Below, piece by piece: positions 37,651-47,269 of a stretch of DNA of 64,000 nt. The notes under the pieces are model-generated. The model was not told the DNA's origin. It made no database searches and was given only the letters and a program-made list of their open reading frames with translations. Origin of the DNA: Myxococcota bacterium (GTDB lineage Bacteria > Myxococcota_A > UBA9160 > UBA4427); assembly GCA_050618075.1 (NCBI GenBank), contig JBNLVL010000010.1:1642-65641 (forward strand). The letters run 5' to 3'. The first letter of the stretch is position 1, and each line of letters begins with the position of its first letter. The position numbers were made by a program, and so were the translations under genes.

Positions 37651-38051
37651 ACCCACCTCGCCGGCCGTGGCGGCGCCCATCCACGTCCCCAGCATCTACA
37701 TCCGACAGCGGAGGATCTTCGGCTCGCCGCTGCGGCGGGACACCCTGCTCTTCGACTCGCTCGCCATCGCCGTGGCGGTCATCGTCGAGGGCATCCTCGT
37801 CGCCGACGCGACCCCACTGTTCTTCGAGCCGCGCTTCTCCGGCTGCCGCACCCCTTTCCGGTCCGCGAGACGCAGGAGAGCGGGCCAACGCGACGTCCCG
37901 GCGGGCCTCCGTTGACCGGCCCCGTCCCACTCTCTAGCCTCGGCGTGTCCGTGTGCCGACCGCGACCGCGCGTCGCCCCGCCCCGTCGCGGGCCCGCGAG
38001 GTCCACGACCGAGCCACCAGGCGCCGCGAGCGCCGAGGAGAAGAGGCGACC

Positions 38052-39083
38052 ATGGCCACCCCCGTCGTGAACCAGCTCGAGCAGCTCGACCAGGAGCTCG
38101 AGACCGTCCTGACCTCGTTCGACACCAACTACGCCTGGAACTACGGAACCGTGAAGGAGGGCCTGCGCGACCTCTACGAGAAGGCCAAGCGCGAGCAGTG
38201 GAACTCCACGACCCAGCTCGCCTGGGACACCGACGTCGACCCGGAAGGCGAGATCATTCCCCAGGCCATCAATCCCCTGGCCGGGTACGCCCCGTTCGAG
38301 AAGCTCGACCAGAAGGAGCGCGCGCACCTGCGCCGCGCCCAGGTGTCGCTGCAGCTTTCCCAGTTCCTGCACGGCGAGCAGGGCGCGCTCATCGTGGCGA
38401 GCCAGCTGGTGGGCGGCGTGCCCTGGATCGACGCGAAGTACTACGCGGGCACGCAGACCATGGACGAGGCGCGCCACGTGGAGGTCTTCGCCCGGTACCT
38501 GCGCGAAAAGCTCGAGTGGGAGTGGCCGATCAACGCCAGCCTCAAGGAGCTGCTGGACGCGGCCCTCAAGGAGAGCCGGTGGGACTTCAAGTACCTCGGC
38601 ATGCAGGTGCTGATCGAGGGCCTGGCCATGGCCGCCTTCGGGAACCTGTACCAGATCTGCCAGGAGCCCCTCCTGAAGGAGCTGCTCCGCTACGTCATGC
38701 GCGACGAATCGCGGCACGTGGCCTTCGGCATCGTCTCGCTGAAGAACTACTACGACGACATGCCGGCGAACGAGCTGGCGGACCGCGAGGACTTCATCAT
38801 CTACGCCTCCGAGCTCATGCGCAACCGGCTCGTGGGCAGCGAGATCGCCGACGCCATGGGCTGGCCGGCCCACGAGGTCCGCGAGCGGGTCCTGGAGTCG
38901 CCCATCGGCAAGGCATTCCGCGGCATGCTGTTCCAGCGCGTGGTGCCGAACCTGAAGCGCCTGGGGCTGCTCACGCCGCGGGTCCGCCGGGCCTACGCCG
39001 AGATGGACCTCATCCAGTTCGAGAACTTCGACGCCGAGGCGGCCGACCGCCAGCTCGGTTTCCTGGTCGACGACCCGGCCTAG
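38052..39083 (+). CDS. ferritin-like di-iron carboxylate protein (oxygenase/R2-like)
   Basis: Internal ATG at 38052 after GGAGAAGAGG. Paired E...ExxH motifs: GEQGA / DEARH and EGLA / DESRH. Confidence 0.8.
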   Translation: MATPVVNQLEQLDQELETVLTSFDTNYAWNYGTVKEGLRDLYEKAKREQWNSTTQLAWDTDVDPEGEIIPQAINPLAGYAPFEKLDQKERAHLRRAQVSLQLSQFLHGEQGALIVASQLVGGVPWIDAKYYAGTQTMDEARHVEVFARYLREKLEWEWPINASLKELLDAALKESRWDFKYLGMQVLIEGLAMAAFGNLYQICQEPLLKELLRYVMRDESRHVAFGIVSLKNYYDDMPANELADREDFIIYASELMRNRLVGSEIADAMGWPAHEVRERVLESPIGKAFRGMLFQRVVPNLKRLGLLTPRVRRAYAEMDLIQFENFDAEAADRQLGFLVDDPA

Positions 39084-42000
39084 AGCTCCATTCGCGAGCG
39101 GGCCCGGCGACGCCGCCAGACCGCGAAGAGCGGCAGCAGCAAGGCGAGCTCGGAGCCCAGTCCGCAGACCGTCGTCGCCTCCGAGCGCCAGGCCTCCCCC
39201 CGACAGCTGGCGTCGGGCGGCCCCACGCCCGCGCCGTCCCAGTCGATCTGGCCGTCCCCGTCGTTGTCGACGCCGTCCGCGCACGGCGGATCCTCCACCG
39301 ACGACCCCTCGGCGCAGCCGGGGTCGTCGCGGTCGATGGCGCCGTCGCCGTCGTTGTCGACGGAGTCGGCGCAGGCCGGGGGATCGCCGAAGAAGACATA
39401 GGCCAGGGCTTCCTCGGGGTGGGAGCGCTCGGCGTCGGCGAGGGTGTCCTCGTCGATGGCGAGGGGCACCCAGCCCGCGGCGGGGGCCGGCGGCTCGGGC
39501 AGGACGGCCCAGCCGTCCTCGCCGGAGGGGGTCGCCGCGCGCCCGACCCGTCGGGCCAGCGCCACCTCGACGCTCTCGACGAAGGTCGCGATGTAGGCGT
39601 ACGGGGGTGCGTCCTCCATCCCGCCCACGGTGCGGGCGCCCACGCCCGCCACGAAGCCCCGATCCGCCAGGCGCCCGGCGCCCGCCTCGACGACCACATA
39701 GCCGATCGTCTCGTCGTCCCGGGTGGTGTCCGGGTCCTCTCCCACGCTCTTGCCCACCCTCAGCGCGCCCGGGTCGGGCGGGCTGTCCGGGGTGGCGCCC
39801 GCGGCCCAGAAGACCGACGGGGCCGCGTCCTGGGCGGACATCACCTGGCCGAGGACGACGGGCCGGGCGTAGGCCTGGCCGTAGGCGCGGGCCTCGCCGG
39901 TCCACGCGCCCGGACGGTCGGTGACCGTGGAGGTCATGCGCACCGCCTCGAGCTTCGCGCCGCTGGTGGAATCGTCGTAGACGCCCTCCTCCACCACCCA
40001 GTAGTGGACGTCGGCGCCGACGGTCCCGGCCAGACCGTCGCGGCGGGCCGTGCGCACCTCGAAGCCCGTGCCCGAGGCGCCCCGCACCCGCACCACCTGG
40101 GGCGGATCGGCCGGTCCGTAGACCGCAGTCGCGATCACGATCGGAGCGTCGTAGTGGCGCGACAGCGCCACGGCGGTCCAGCCATCGCTCGAGACCCCGG
40201 AGAGCCGTCCCGTCTCCGAGGGCACCGCGGGCAGCGACCCGACCGACCAGGGGAAGGTCACCGAGTCGGTGTCGTTTCCGTCGTCCAGCGTCACGGTCAC
40301 CGAGTGGGGCCCCATGGCGCCGTCGGCCACCACGCCCGAGATGACGCCCAGCACCGGGTCGATCGAGAGACCGGCGGGCAGACCGCTCGCGCTCCAGTCG
40401 AGGGAATCGCCGTCCGCATCGCTTCCCACCAGGGCGAGGCTCACGAGGTCCCGCTCCCGGCTGGCCTGCGGACCGGGATCGTCCAGGGTCGGAGGGGTGT
40501 TCGGGACGGCGGTGACCGTCCAGGTGAAGGAGGCGGAGTCCGCGGCGGGCCCGTCGGAGACGCCCACGGTCACGCTGTAGTCGCCTTCGATGCCCTCGCC
40601 GAGGTCGCCGCTGATCTGGCCGCTGCTGGGGTCGATGGCGAGCCCCGGCGGCAGCCCCGACGCCCCGTAGACCAGCGGATCGCCGTCGGGGTCGACGGCG
40701 GCGAGCGCGAGGACGATCGCGTCCCCTTCGGTGGAGAGCTGGGGACCGGGCGACGTGAGGGTCGGCGGGTCGTTGACCCCGACCATCGGAATCTCGCGAA
40801 ACAGCCGGCCGGCGGGAATGAGCTGCTTGCCGAACCCGGGCCCTTCCCAGGAAGCCGTCAGCACCTCCTGGCCGCCCCGCTCGAACATCGTGACGCGGAT
40901 GTCGTACCAGCCGGCGGCCAGGTCGACGATCCCCGACTGCTCCTGGTTGGCGTGGAGCCCGTCGTTGTCCACCACCAGGGCGCCGTCGATGTAGAGCCGG
41001 CTGCCGTCGTCGGAGCTGGTGTAGAAGGTGTAGAGGCCCGGCGTGGTGATCTCGATCTTCGCATCGAACCGGAAGGCGAAGTCGCTGTCCCGCTGCCGGA
41101 GCGAGATGTCGAACGAGCCGGCCGTTCCCGTGGCCACCGGCGTGAGGCTGTCGAAGTCCGGCAGCACGCTCATGCCGGTCTGCTCGTAGTACTCGTAACG
41201 GACGCCGCCCTGGGGAAAGCCGGGATCCACGGTGGTGATCCAGTGGCCCACCAGGTCGGCGCCCGGCTGGTCGACGACGTTCTTCGCGAGCGGCGGCATG
41301 GCGATGGCCGCCAGCGAGAGGATCCGGTGGTACGCCACCGACTTCATGAGGTCGCCGGGAAAGATGACCGCTGCCCCGGGCACGCCCAGGTCGTCGGCCA
41401 CCCCGCCGTAGACCAGGTTCGCCGACAGCAGCGGCGTGGTGTAGCGCGCGTCGAACTGCGCCCGGTTGCCCGTGCCTGGCCGGTGGCAGTAGGAGCAGTT
41501 CGAGTCGAGGTACGCCCGGGCGCGGTCCTCGATGGGCGCCGAGACGTCGCCCACCGGTGAGGCGGCCAGGTAGGTCGGGATCGCGGCCTCGACCAGGGCG
41601 GGCGAGAAGATCCCGATGTGGTTCAGGGCGCGCAGCTGGTTGTCGACCACGCCCGTCTCCGGGTAGAGGAGATCGCCGTTCAGCTGGTGGGTGCGCGGAC
41701 CGAGGGCTCCTCCGGCCACGCTGCTGTGGCAGAAGAGGCACTGGTCGCGGGAGGGATACACCCACGGCTGCAGGCGCGTGCCCGTCGGCGTCGTGACCTC
41801 GACGTCCTCGACCAGCCCGGTGGCCAGGAGATCGGCGTCGCTGTGGTCGGCTCGCCACTTGTAGGTGAGCCCGTAGAACTCGCCGTCCTCGTTCTTGACC
41901 TGCAGTCGGGTCTCGAGGCGCCGGGTGAGGGACGGGTTCGTCTCGTCGATCGGCAGCTCGAAGTGCTTCACGAGCACGGTCCCGACCGGATAGTCCCAGT

Positions 42001-43660
42001 TGGAGTCGGCCGAGAACGCGATCTGCTCGTCCGGGGCGTCGTGGGTGCCGTCGTTGGGCACCGCGATCCAGCGGGTCTTGATGGCGCCGTCGGACCAGAA
42101 GGGCACGTTCAGGTCGTAGGGGATGAGCTTGCTCGACGGCACCAGGTTCACGATGTCGTCGAACAGGCCGATGCTCGAGAGCAGGGCCGGCGCGTCGGGC
42201 GGCGGCTCGCCCACGCGGTCGAGCCGGTAGATCGGCTTCTGCGCGCCGAGCCCGCCGAGGTAGACCTCGCCGGCATTGTCCTGGCCGAAGGTGGCCAGCG
42301 AGCCGGGCGAGAAGGTCGCGATCTGGACCTTGCTCCCGGTGCCCGAGGCCTCCTCATAGGTGACGGCCCAGATCTTCCGCTGGCCGTAGCCGCCGGCGAG
42401 ATAGATGCCGTACAGCTCGGGGAACATCGTGCCCCGATACACGTATCCGCCGATGATCGCGTTCGCTTCGCTGCGGGTGAAGTCGACGACCGGATCGGTG
42501 AGGGTTCCCACGATGCTGGCCGGCTCGCCGCGCACCCCGGTGGTGAGGCCCTCGCGGAAGGGCCAGCCGTAGTTGCGGCCCTTCTCGATGATGTTGATCT
42601 CCTCGCGGGTGGACTGCCCGATCTCGCCCGACCAGAGACGGCCCGTGAGGATGTCCCGGGTCATCCGATGGGGCGCGCGGTTGCCGATGGTGAAGTACTC
42701 CTCGAAGTCGCTCCCGGTGGGGTCCAGCCAGGGATTGTCGTCGGGGATGCAGTAGGTGCGCCCGGAGACCTCGTCGGCGGTGTCGAAGACCCGCCTGGGC
42801 ATGTGACTGTCCGGCGGACAGGTCCAGGTCCCGGCCCCGAGATCGATGTCCGTGACGTCCACGGCGAAGCGGAGCGTCCCGCCCTCCAGGGTGTCGGTCA
42901 TGTCCTGGGCCGTCTCGTAGCGGAACTGGTCGCCCACGGTGAGATGGAGCAGGCCGTCGTCTCCGAAGACCAGCCCGCCGCCGCGGTGGGAGCCGTTGTA
43001 GAGGCGGATGTTGAGCAGCACCTGCTCGCTCGCGGGATCCGCCACGTCCGTGCCGTCGTGGACCTGGAGACGCGACAGCCGCAGGTAGGTGCCGAAGAAG
43101 CCGCCGGTCGAGCTGGTGGGATAGCTCGGGTCGCAGGCCGCCAGGTCGACCCCGTTCCCCGAGGCGTCGATCGGACAGTAGGTGGCGTAGTAGACGTAGA
43201 CGTCGTTGCGGAAGGGCGACCCGGGAACCTCGAACTCCGGGTGGAAGGCCATACCGAGGAACCCGCCGTCCCAGACCACCGCCACCCGGTCCGAGAGGTC
43301 GACGAACTCGGTCTTCGTCGAGGTGTCCGGGTCCGTTCCGTCGAAGAAGTACACGACGCCGTCCCGGGAGCCCACGTAGAGCCGGTTCGACGACGGGGAC
43401 GCGGTGATGACCGTGGTCTCGTCGAAGAGCAGGTTCGGGAACGCCGGGACCACCTGCCAGCTGCTGCTGGTGGGCGAGTTGGGGGTCCGGGTGGGCAGCG
43501 CGCCGTCGAAGAAGGCGCCCACCGGAACCGGGGCCGCGATGCCGCGCGCCTGCCCGGCCGCCGGAGGGGCGAAGGCCGCCGCGAACGCGAGCGCCGCGAC
43601 CGCAAGCCAGGCGGCCGCTGCGCCGGTGCGCAGCACCGGGGAGTGTCGGGGAAGAGTCAT
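39080..43660 (-). CDS. 1526-aa secreted multidomain protein: sugar-dehydrogenase-like beta-propeller, two CXXCH motifs, PA14, cadherin-like repeats, DNDGDG Cys repeats, C-terminal sorting-signal-like tail
   Basis: Signal peptide (AAAAWLAVAALAFAAAFAPPAAG). GSHRGGGLVFGDDGLL and GRNYGWPFREG, as in soluble glucose/sorbosone dehydrogenases. CLFCH and CSYCH motifs. PA14-like GLYTFYTSSDDGSRLYIDGALVVDNDG. Two PPTL...DADGD...GLP.GL.ID repeats. CADSVDNDGDGAIDRDDPGCA and CADGVDNDGDGQIDWDG. Tail CGLGSELALLLPLFAVWRRRRARS. Confidence 0.85.
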   Translation of the reverse strand: MTLPRHSPVLRTGAAAAWLAVAALAFAAAFAPPAAGQARGIAAPVPVGAFFDGALPTRTPNSPTSSSWQVVPAFPNLLFDETTVITASPSSNRLYVGSRDGVVYFFDGTDPDTSTKTEFVDLSDRVAVVWDGGFLGMAFHPEFEVPGSPFRNDVYVYYATYCPIDASGNGVDLAACDPSYPTSSTGGFFGTYLRLSRLQVHDGTDVADPASEQVLLNIRLYNGSHRGGGLVFGDDGLLHLTVGDQFRYETAQDMTDTLEGGTLRFAVDVTDIDLGAGTWTCPPDSHMPRRVFDTADEVSGRTYCIPDDNPWLDPTGSDFEEYFTIGNRAPHRMTRDILTGRLWSGEIGQSTREEINIIEKGRNYGWPFREGLTTGVRGEPASIVGTLTDPVVDFTRSEANAIIGGYVYRGTMFPELYGIYLAGGYGQRKIWAVTYEEASGTGSKVQIATFSPGSLATFGQDNAGEVYLGGLGAQKPIYRLDRVGEPPPDAPALLSSIGLFDDIVNLVPSSKLIPYDLNVPFWSDGAIKTRWIAVPNDGTHDAPDEQIAFSADSNWDYPVGTVLVKHFELPIDETNPSLTRRLETRLQVKNEDGEFYGLTYKWRADHSDADLLATGLVEDVEVTTPTGTRLQPWVYPSRDQCLFCHSSVAGGALGPRTHQLNGDLLYPETGVVDNQLRALNHIGIFSPALVEAAIPTYLAASPVGDVSAPIEDRARAYLDSNCSYCHRPGTGNRAQFDARYTTPLLSANLVYGGVADDLGVPGAAVIFPGDLMKSVAYHRILSLAAIAMPPLAKNVVDQPGADLVGHWITTVDPGFPQGGVRYEYYEQTGMSVLPDFDSLTPVATGTAGSFDISLRQRDSDFAFRFDAKIEITTPGLYTFYTSSDDGSRLYIDGALVVDNDGLHANQEQSGIVDLAAGWYDIRVTMFERGGQEVLTASWEGPGFGKQLIPAGRLFREIPMVGVNDPPTLTSPGPQLSTEGDAIVLALAAVDPDGDPLVYGASGLPPGLAIDPSSGQISGDLGEGIEGDYSVTVGVSDGPAADSASFTWTVTAVPNTPPTLDDPGPQASRERDLVSLALVGSDADGDSLDWSASGLPAGLSIDPVLGVISGVVADGAMGPHSVTVTLDDGNDTDSVTFPWSVGSLPAVPSETGRLSGVSSDGWTAVALSRHYDAPIVIATAVYGPADPPQVVRVRGASGTGFEVRTARRDGLAGTVGADVHYWVVEEGVYDDSTSGAKLEAVRMTSTVTDRPGAWTGEARAYGQAYARPVVLGQVMSAQDAAPSVFWAAGATPDSPPDPGALRVGKSVGEDPDTTRDDETIGYVVVEAGAGRLADRGFVAGVGARTVGGMEDAPPYAYIATFVESVEVALARRVGRAATPSGEDGWAVLPEPPAPAAGWVPLAIDEDTLADAERSHPEEALAYVFFGDPPACADSVDNDGDGAIDRDDPGCAEGSSVEDPPCADGVDNDGDGQIDWDGAGVGPPDASCRGEAWRSEATTVCGLGSELALLLPLFAVWRRRRARSRMEL

Positions 43661-43775
43661 CGCGGGGAGCCCTCGTCTGTCGGCGCTGGCCCGGAACGGG
43701 TGGGTCAGCGCTCAACGAGTGAGTCCCCGGCGTGAGTGGAAAGTGTCGACGAGAGGCGAAGGCCTCCCGCGCGAA

Positions 43776-44042
43776 TCAGCGCGAGCGGCCGAAGGCCAGC
43801 ACCAGGCGCCGCCAGGATCTCGCACCCTCGGGGGAGGGGGCAGGCTGCCCCGCAGCGCCGGGCTCGTCGGCCCCGGAGACCGGCTCCTGCTCACGCTCGG
43901 CCAGGCGTGCCGCCAGGCCCCAGAAGTGCGCCCGACGCTCGCGCGCCGGGTCCCGCCGCCGGCCCTCGGCCGGCGCCGAGCCCCCGGGCGGGGTGCCCGC
44001 GCCCGGGGTTTCAGTGGGAGCTGCGGTGGACGGCTGTGCCAT
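43776..44042 (-). CDS. possible small low-complexity protein upstream of the giant gene
   Basis: ATG at 44042 lies about 9 nt after a GAGGAG SD, and GC3 bias is present. The composition is Pro/Ala/Gly/Arg-rich, so it may be an artefact. Confidence 0.3.
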   Translation of the reverse strand: MAQPSTAAPTETPGAGTPPGGSAPAEGRRRDPARERRAHFWGLAARLAEREQEPVSGADEPGAAGQPAPSPEGARSWRRLVLAFGRSR

Positions 44043-44192
44043 GGTCGTCGGATCTCCTCGAGCCGGGCTTCACGGATAGAGCCCGCGGCGGCGCGGATGG
44101 TTCCCCGTCCGGGCTGCAGGGGCGTGGCGCTCCCATGGCGTCCCCGTGGCGCTCGGGTCGCCCGGATCCCGAGGCGCTAGTGTTGGGTCTTC

Positions 44193-45707
44193 ATGGCCCA
44201 GCTTCCGACTCGCGACGAGTCGCCCCCCGGATCGACGGGCGGAGCGGCAGGGGGAGACCCCGTTCCGATCCTCGAACCCGGGGCGGAGGTGCGCGGCTGG
44301 CGCGGCCGCGTCGTAGGCGCCCTCGAGAGCCGCGGCAGCTACCCGCGCTGGGTGCTCTGGGCGGCCCTGGGCGGCATGTTCGCCACCACCTTTCCCATCA
44401 CGATCCTCACGATCTCCCTGCGGTCCATCGCCCACGAGTTCGGCACCCGGGAGACCACCATGGCATGGGTGATCTCGGCGCCCATGCTCCTGTCGGCGGT
44501 CGCGCTGCCGCTGCTCGGCAAGCTGGGAGACCTGTACGGCCACCGCCGCGTCTTCCTGGCGGGCTTCGCGGCGGCCACGGTCACCGCCGGGGTCACGGCG
44601 ATCGCCTGGGATCCCCTGTCCCTGATCGGGCTTCGCACCCTGGCGGCGGTGGTGGGCGGCGCGACCCAGCCCACGTCCATGGCCCTCATCTTCAGCGTGT
44701 ATCCCCCGGAGCGCCGGGTGCGGGCCATGGGCTGGTGGTCGATGACCGGCGCCGCCGCCCCGGCCCTGGGCCTGATCGCCGGCGGCCCCCTGGTCGACTG
44801 GCTGGGCTGGCGGGTGGTGTTCGTGCTCCAGGCGGCCCTGTCGCTGCTCGCCCTGGCGCTGGCGAGCGTGGTCCTGAAGGAGACCCGGCGCCAGCGGGCC
44901 CGCTTCGACGTGCCCGGCGCCCTGACCCTCTCGGTCGGCGTCGCGGGCCTGATGTTCGCGCTGGGTCGGGTGCGGGACATCGGGCTCTACGCCCCCACGC
45001 TCTGGGTCGCCATCGGCCTGGGCGTCGCGGGGCTCGTGGCGTTCGTCCGCGTGGAGCGACGGAGCGCCGCTCCGCTGCTCCCGCTGGAGTTCTTTCGCCG
45101 GCGCAACTTCAGCGCCCCCATCGTCTCCAACGCCTTCATGGGAGCGGCGTACATGGGGGCCTTCGTGATCGCCCCACTGGTGCTGCTCGAGATCTTCGAG
45201 TTCTCGATCTCCGCGGCGGCGGGCATCATGCTGCTGCGCACCATGACCCTCACCCTCTCGTCGCCGGTGGGCGGGCATCTCGGGGGGCGCATCGGAGAGC
45301 GGGGGTCGGCCGTGCTGGGAGCCGCCATCATGACGCTGGCGCTGTGCGTCATCGCGTGGGGCACGCTGCACGCGTCGCTCCCGATCCTCGGCGTGGGCCT
45401 GGTGCTCCAGGGCATGGGCCACGGCTTCGGCCTTCCGTCGCTCACGTCCTCGGTCTCCAACGCCGTCGACGAAGCCGACCTGGGGATCGCGTCGGCCGCC
45501 AACCGCCTCACCGCCCAGGTGGGAACGGCCTTCGGCATCACGCTCCTCACCATCGTCTACGGCGGGGAGAACTCGAACACGGCGTTCGCCCTGGCCTTCC
45601 TGGTGGGTGCGGTGCTCTCGGCGCTCTCGCTCTCGAGCGCGGCGGCCATGAGCGGCGACCGGATCCGCCCCTCGGAGGCGCGGGTCGAGGCCAAGGCCCC
45701 GGTCTAG
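44193..45707 (+). CDS. MFS transporter, 14-TMS drug:H+ antiporter (DHA2/EmrB-like)
   Basis: Many TM helices. MFS motif A-like LGKLGDLYGHRRVFL. The N-terminal roughly 45 aa may not be translated. Confidence 0.9.
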   Translation: MAQLPTRDESPPGSTGGAAGGDPVPILEPGAEVRGWRGRVVGALESRGSYPRWVLWAALGGMFATTFPITILTISLRSIAHEFGTRETTMAWVISAPMLLSAVALPLLGKLGDLYGHRRVFLAGFAAATVTAGVTAIAWDPLSLIGLRTLAAVVGGATQPTSMALIFSVYPPERRVRAMGWWSMTGAAAPALGLIAGGPLVDWLGWRVVFVLQAALSLLALALASVVLKETRRQRARFDVPGALTLSVGVAGLMFALGRVRDIGLYAPTLWVAIGLGVAGLVAFVRVERRSAAPLLPLEFFRRRNFSAPIVSNAFMGAAYMGAFVIAPLVLLEIFEFSISAAAGIMLLRTMTLTLSSPVGGHLGGRIGERGSAVLGAAIMTLALCVIAWGTLHASLPILGVGLVLQGMGHGFGLPSLTSSVSNAVDEADLGIASAANRLTAQVGTAFGITLLTIVYGGENSNTAFALAFLVGAVLSALSLSSAAAMSGDRIRPSEARVEAKAPV

Positions 45708-46399
45708 TCGCCCGGCTCGGCCCCGCCCCCGGAGTCCGCGCGGAGCCCGCGCACCAGCGTCTCCAGGCCCTCCTCGAAGAAGCGCTCCAGGGGGCGGCGC
45801 ATCATCTGCCGGCGCACCGGGCTGTACTGGAGGTCCAGCAGGAGGACGCTCCAGTTCCAGACGAGGTGGGCCGCCAGGTGGGGATCGCAGTCGCGGAACT
45901 CGCCGCGGGCCACCCCACGTTCGACCACGCGGGTCACCGCCTCGATCTGCGGCTGCCAGGTCTCCACGGCCCTGCGCACCAGCCGCTTCGAGAGGTCACC
46001 GATCAGGTCCTGGTTGTCGATCGCCCACAGGATCGGGCGGTAGTCGGGGTGGGTCTCGGTGAACTCGAAGAAGGCGGAGCCCAGCGCCCGCAGCTGCTCC
46101 TCCGCGGAGACGTCCGCGTCCAGGATCCGGGCGATCCACTCGCTGGGGTCTTCGTCGCGCGAGACCAGGGTCTCGAACAGCAGATCCGCCTTGCTGTCCA
46201 CGTGGCGGTAGAGCGTCGACTTCCCGATGTCCGCTTCCCGGGCGACCTCGGCCAGGGTGGCGTCGACGTAGCCGTCGCGCGCGAAGACGATGCGGGCGGC
46301 GGCGAGGATCCGGCGCCAGGTGGCCTGCTTGCTCCGCGCCCGATCGGAGTCCGAGGACGGCACCGCGCCGTCTTCGCTGGGGTCTTCGGACTGGCTCAT
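45704..46399 (-). CDS. TetR/AcrR-family transcriptional regulator
   Basis: HTH GYVDATLAEVAREADIGKSTLYRHVDSKADLL. Convergent with the MFS gene, overlapping it by 4 nt. Confidence 0.9.
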   Translation of the reverse strand: MSQSEDPSEDGAVPSSDSDRARSKQATWRRILAAARIVFARDGYVDATLAEVAREADIGKSTLYRHVDSKADLLFETLVSRDEDPSEWIARILDADVSAEEQLRALGSAFFEFTETHPDYRPILWAIDNQDLIGDLSKRLVRRAVETWQPQIEAVTRVVERGVARGEFRDCDPHLAAHLVWNWSVLLLDLQYSPVRRQMMRRPLERFFEEGLETLVRGLRADSGGGAEPGD

Positions 46400-46411
46400 C
46401 GGAACTCCTCC

Positions 46412-46468
46412 CCGGAACCTCGTCGCGCAACCGGAAACTCGCCGCGCGACCGGAACCTCGTCGCGCGA
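46412..46468. promoter_or_regulatory. three tandem 19-bp direct repeats upstream of the TetR gene
   Basis: CCGGAACCTCGTCGCGCAA / CCGGAAACTCGCCGCGCGA / CCGGAACCTCGTCGCGCGA occupy 46412-46430, 46431-46449 and 46450-46468. A partial copy lies at 46400-46411. They begin 13 nt upstream of the TetR ATG (46399). Confidence 0.6.
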
Positions 46469-46498
46469 CCGCGGTGCGGCGCGCGAGCCGGACGCGCC

Positions 46499-47269
46499 CT
46501 AGAACGAGTCCTTGCGCTTGCGCGTCTCCGCGAAGACCGCCACGGGGTCGGCCCCCTCGAGGCCCAGGTGCTTCTGCAGGCCGGCGCTCTCGGCGCGCAG
46601 GAACGGGTTGGTGCGGAGCTCCTCGCCCAGGGTCGACGGAACCGTCGGCCGCCCCTCCGCCCGCAGGCGATCGACCTCGGCGGCCCGCGCGACCAGATCG
46701 GGGTTGTCGGGCTCGACCGAGAGCGCGAAGCGGGCGTTGGCCTGGGTGTACTCGTGGGCGCAGTAGATCTTCGTCTCCTCGGGCAGCGCCATGAGCTTGC
46801 CGAGCGATCGCCACATCTGCTCGGCCGTGCCCTCGAAGAGCCGCCCACAGCCCAGGGCGAAGAGCGTATCGCCCACGAAGGCCACGCCGTCGTCGACGAA
46901 CCAGTAGGCGATGTGGCCGGCGGTGTGGCCCGGCACGTCGAAGACCCTCACCTCCCGGTCCCCGAACTCGACGCGGTCGCCCTCCCCCACCGGCTCGTCG
47001 AGGCCCGGAATCCGCGCCCCCTCGGCCGCGGGTCCGATGATGCGGCAGCCGGTCCGCTCCTTCAGCTCGAGGTTGCCCCCGGCGTGGTCGAAGTGGTGGT
47101 GGGTGTTCAGGATATGGGTGAGCTTCCAGCCCCGCTCGTCGAGGGCGGCCAGGATGGGAGCGACCTCCGGCGTGTCGATACTGGCCGTGAGCCCGGCGTC
47201 GGGGTCGTGGGCCAGGTAGCCGTAGTTGTCGGACAGGCAGGGGATCTGGACGATCTCGAGGGCACTCAT
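46499..47269 (-). CDS. gloB: hydroxyacylglutathione hydrolase (glyoxalase II)
   Basis: Metallo-beta-lactamase motif THHHFDHAGG. GloB-like length and C-terminal region. Confidence 0.9.
   Translation of the reverse strand: MSALEIVQIPCLSDNYGYLAHDPDAGLTASIDTPEVAPILAALDERGWKLTHILNTHHHFDHAGGNLELKERTGCRIIGPAAEGARIPGLDEPVGEGDRVEFGDREVRVFDVPGHTAGHIAYWFVDDGVAFVGDTLFALGCGRLFEGTAEQMWRSLGKLMALPEETKIYCAHEYTQANARFALSVEPDNPDLVARAAEVDRLRAEGRPTVPSTLGEELRTNPFLRAESAGLQKHLGLEGADPVAVFAETRKRKDSF

Noticed and set aside
37667-37915. 82-codon GC3-biased ORF with one hydrophobic helix just downstream of gmhA
   Set aside because: Codon bias looks coding. But there is no SD sequence, only a GTG start, an Arg-rich tail and no recognisable family. 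Confidence is too low to list it as a feature.
37779-41858. 1359-aa ORF on the minus strand, the second-longest in the track
   Set aside because: Extreme Arg/Gly/Pro/Ala composition. It overlaps the well-supported di-iron gene on the opposite strand and the giant secreted protein on the same strand in another frame. This is a typical GC-rich out-of-frame artefact.
43661-44192. 532-bp gap between the giant gene and the MFS transporter, considered as a possible missing gene or RNA
   Set aside because: Apart from the low-confidence 88-codon ORF (43776-44042) listed in the features, I found no convincing promoter motif, structure or coding signal by eye.
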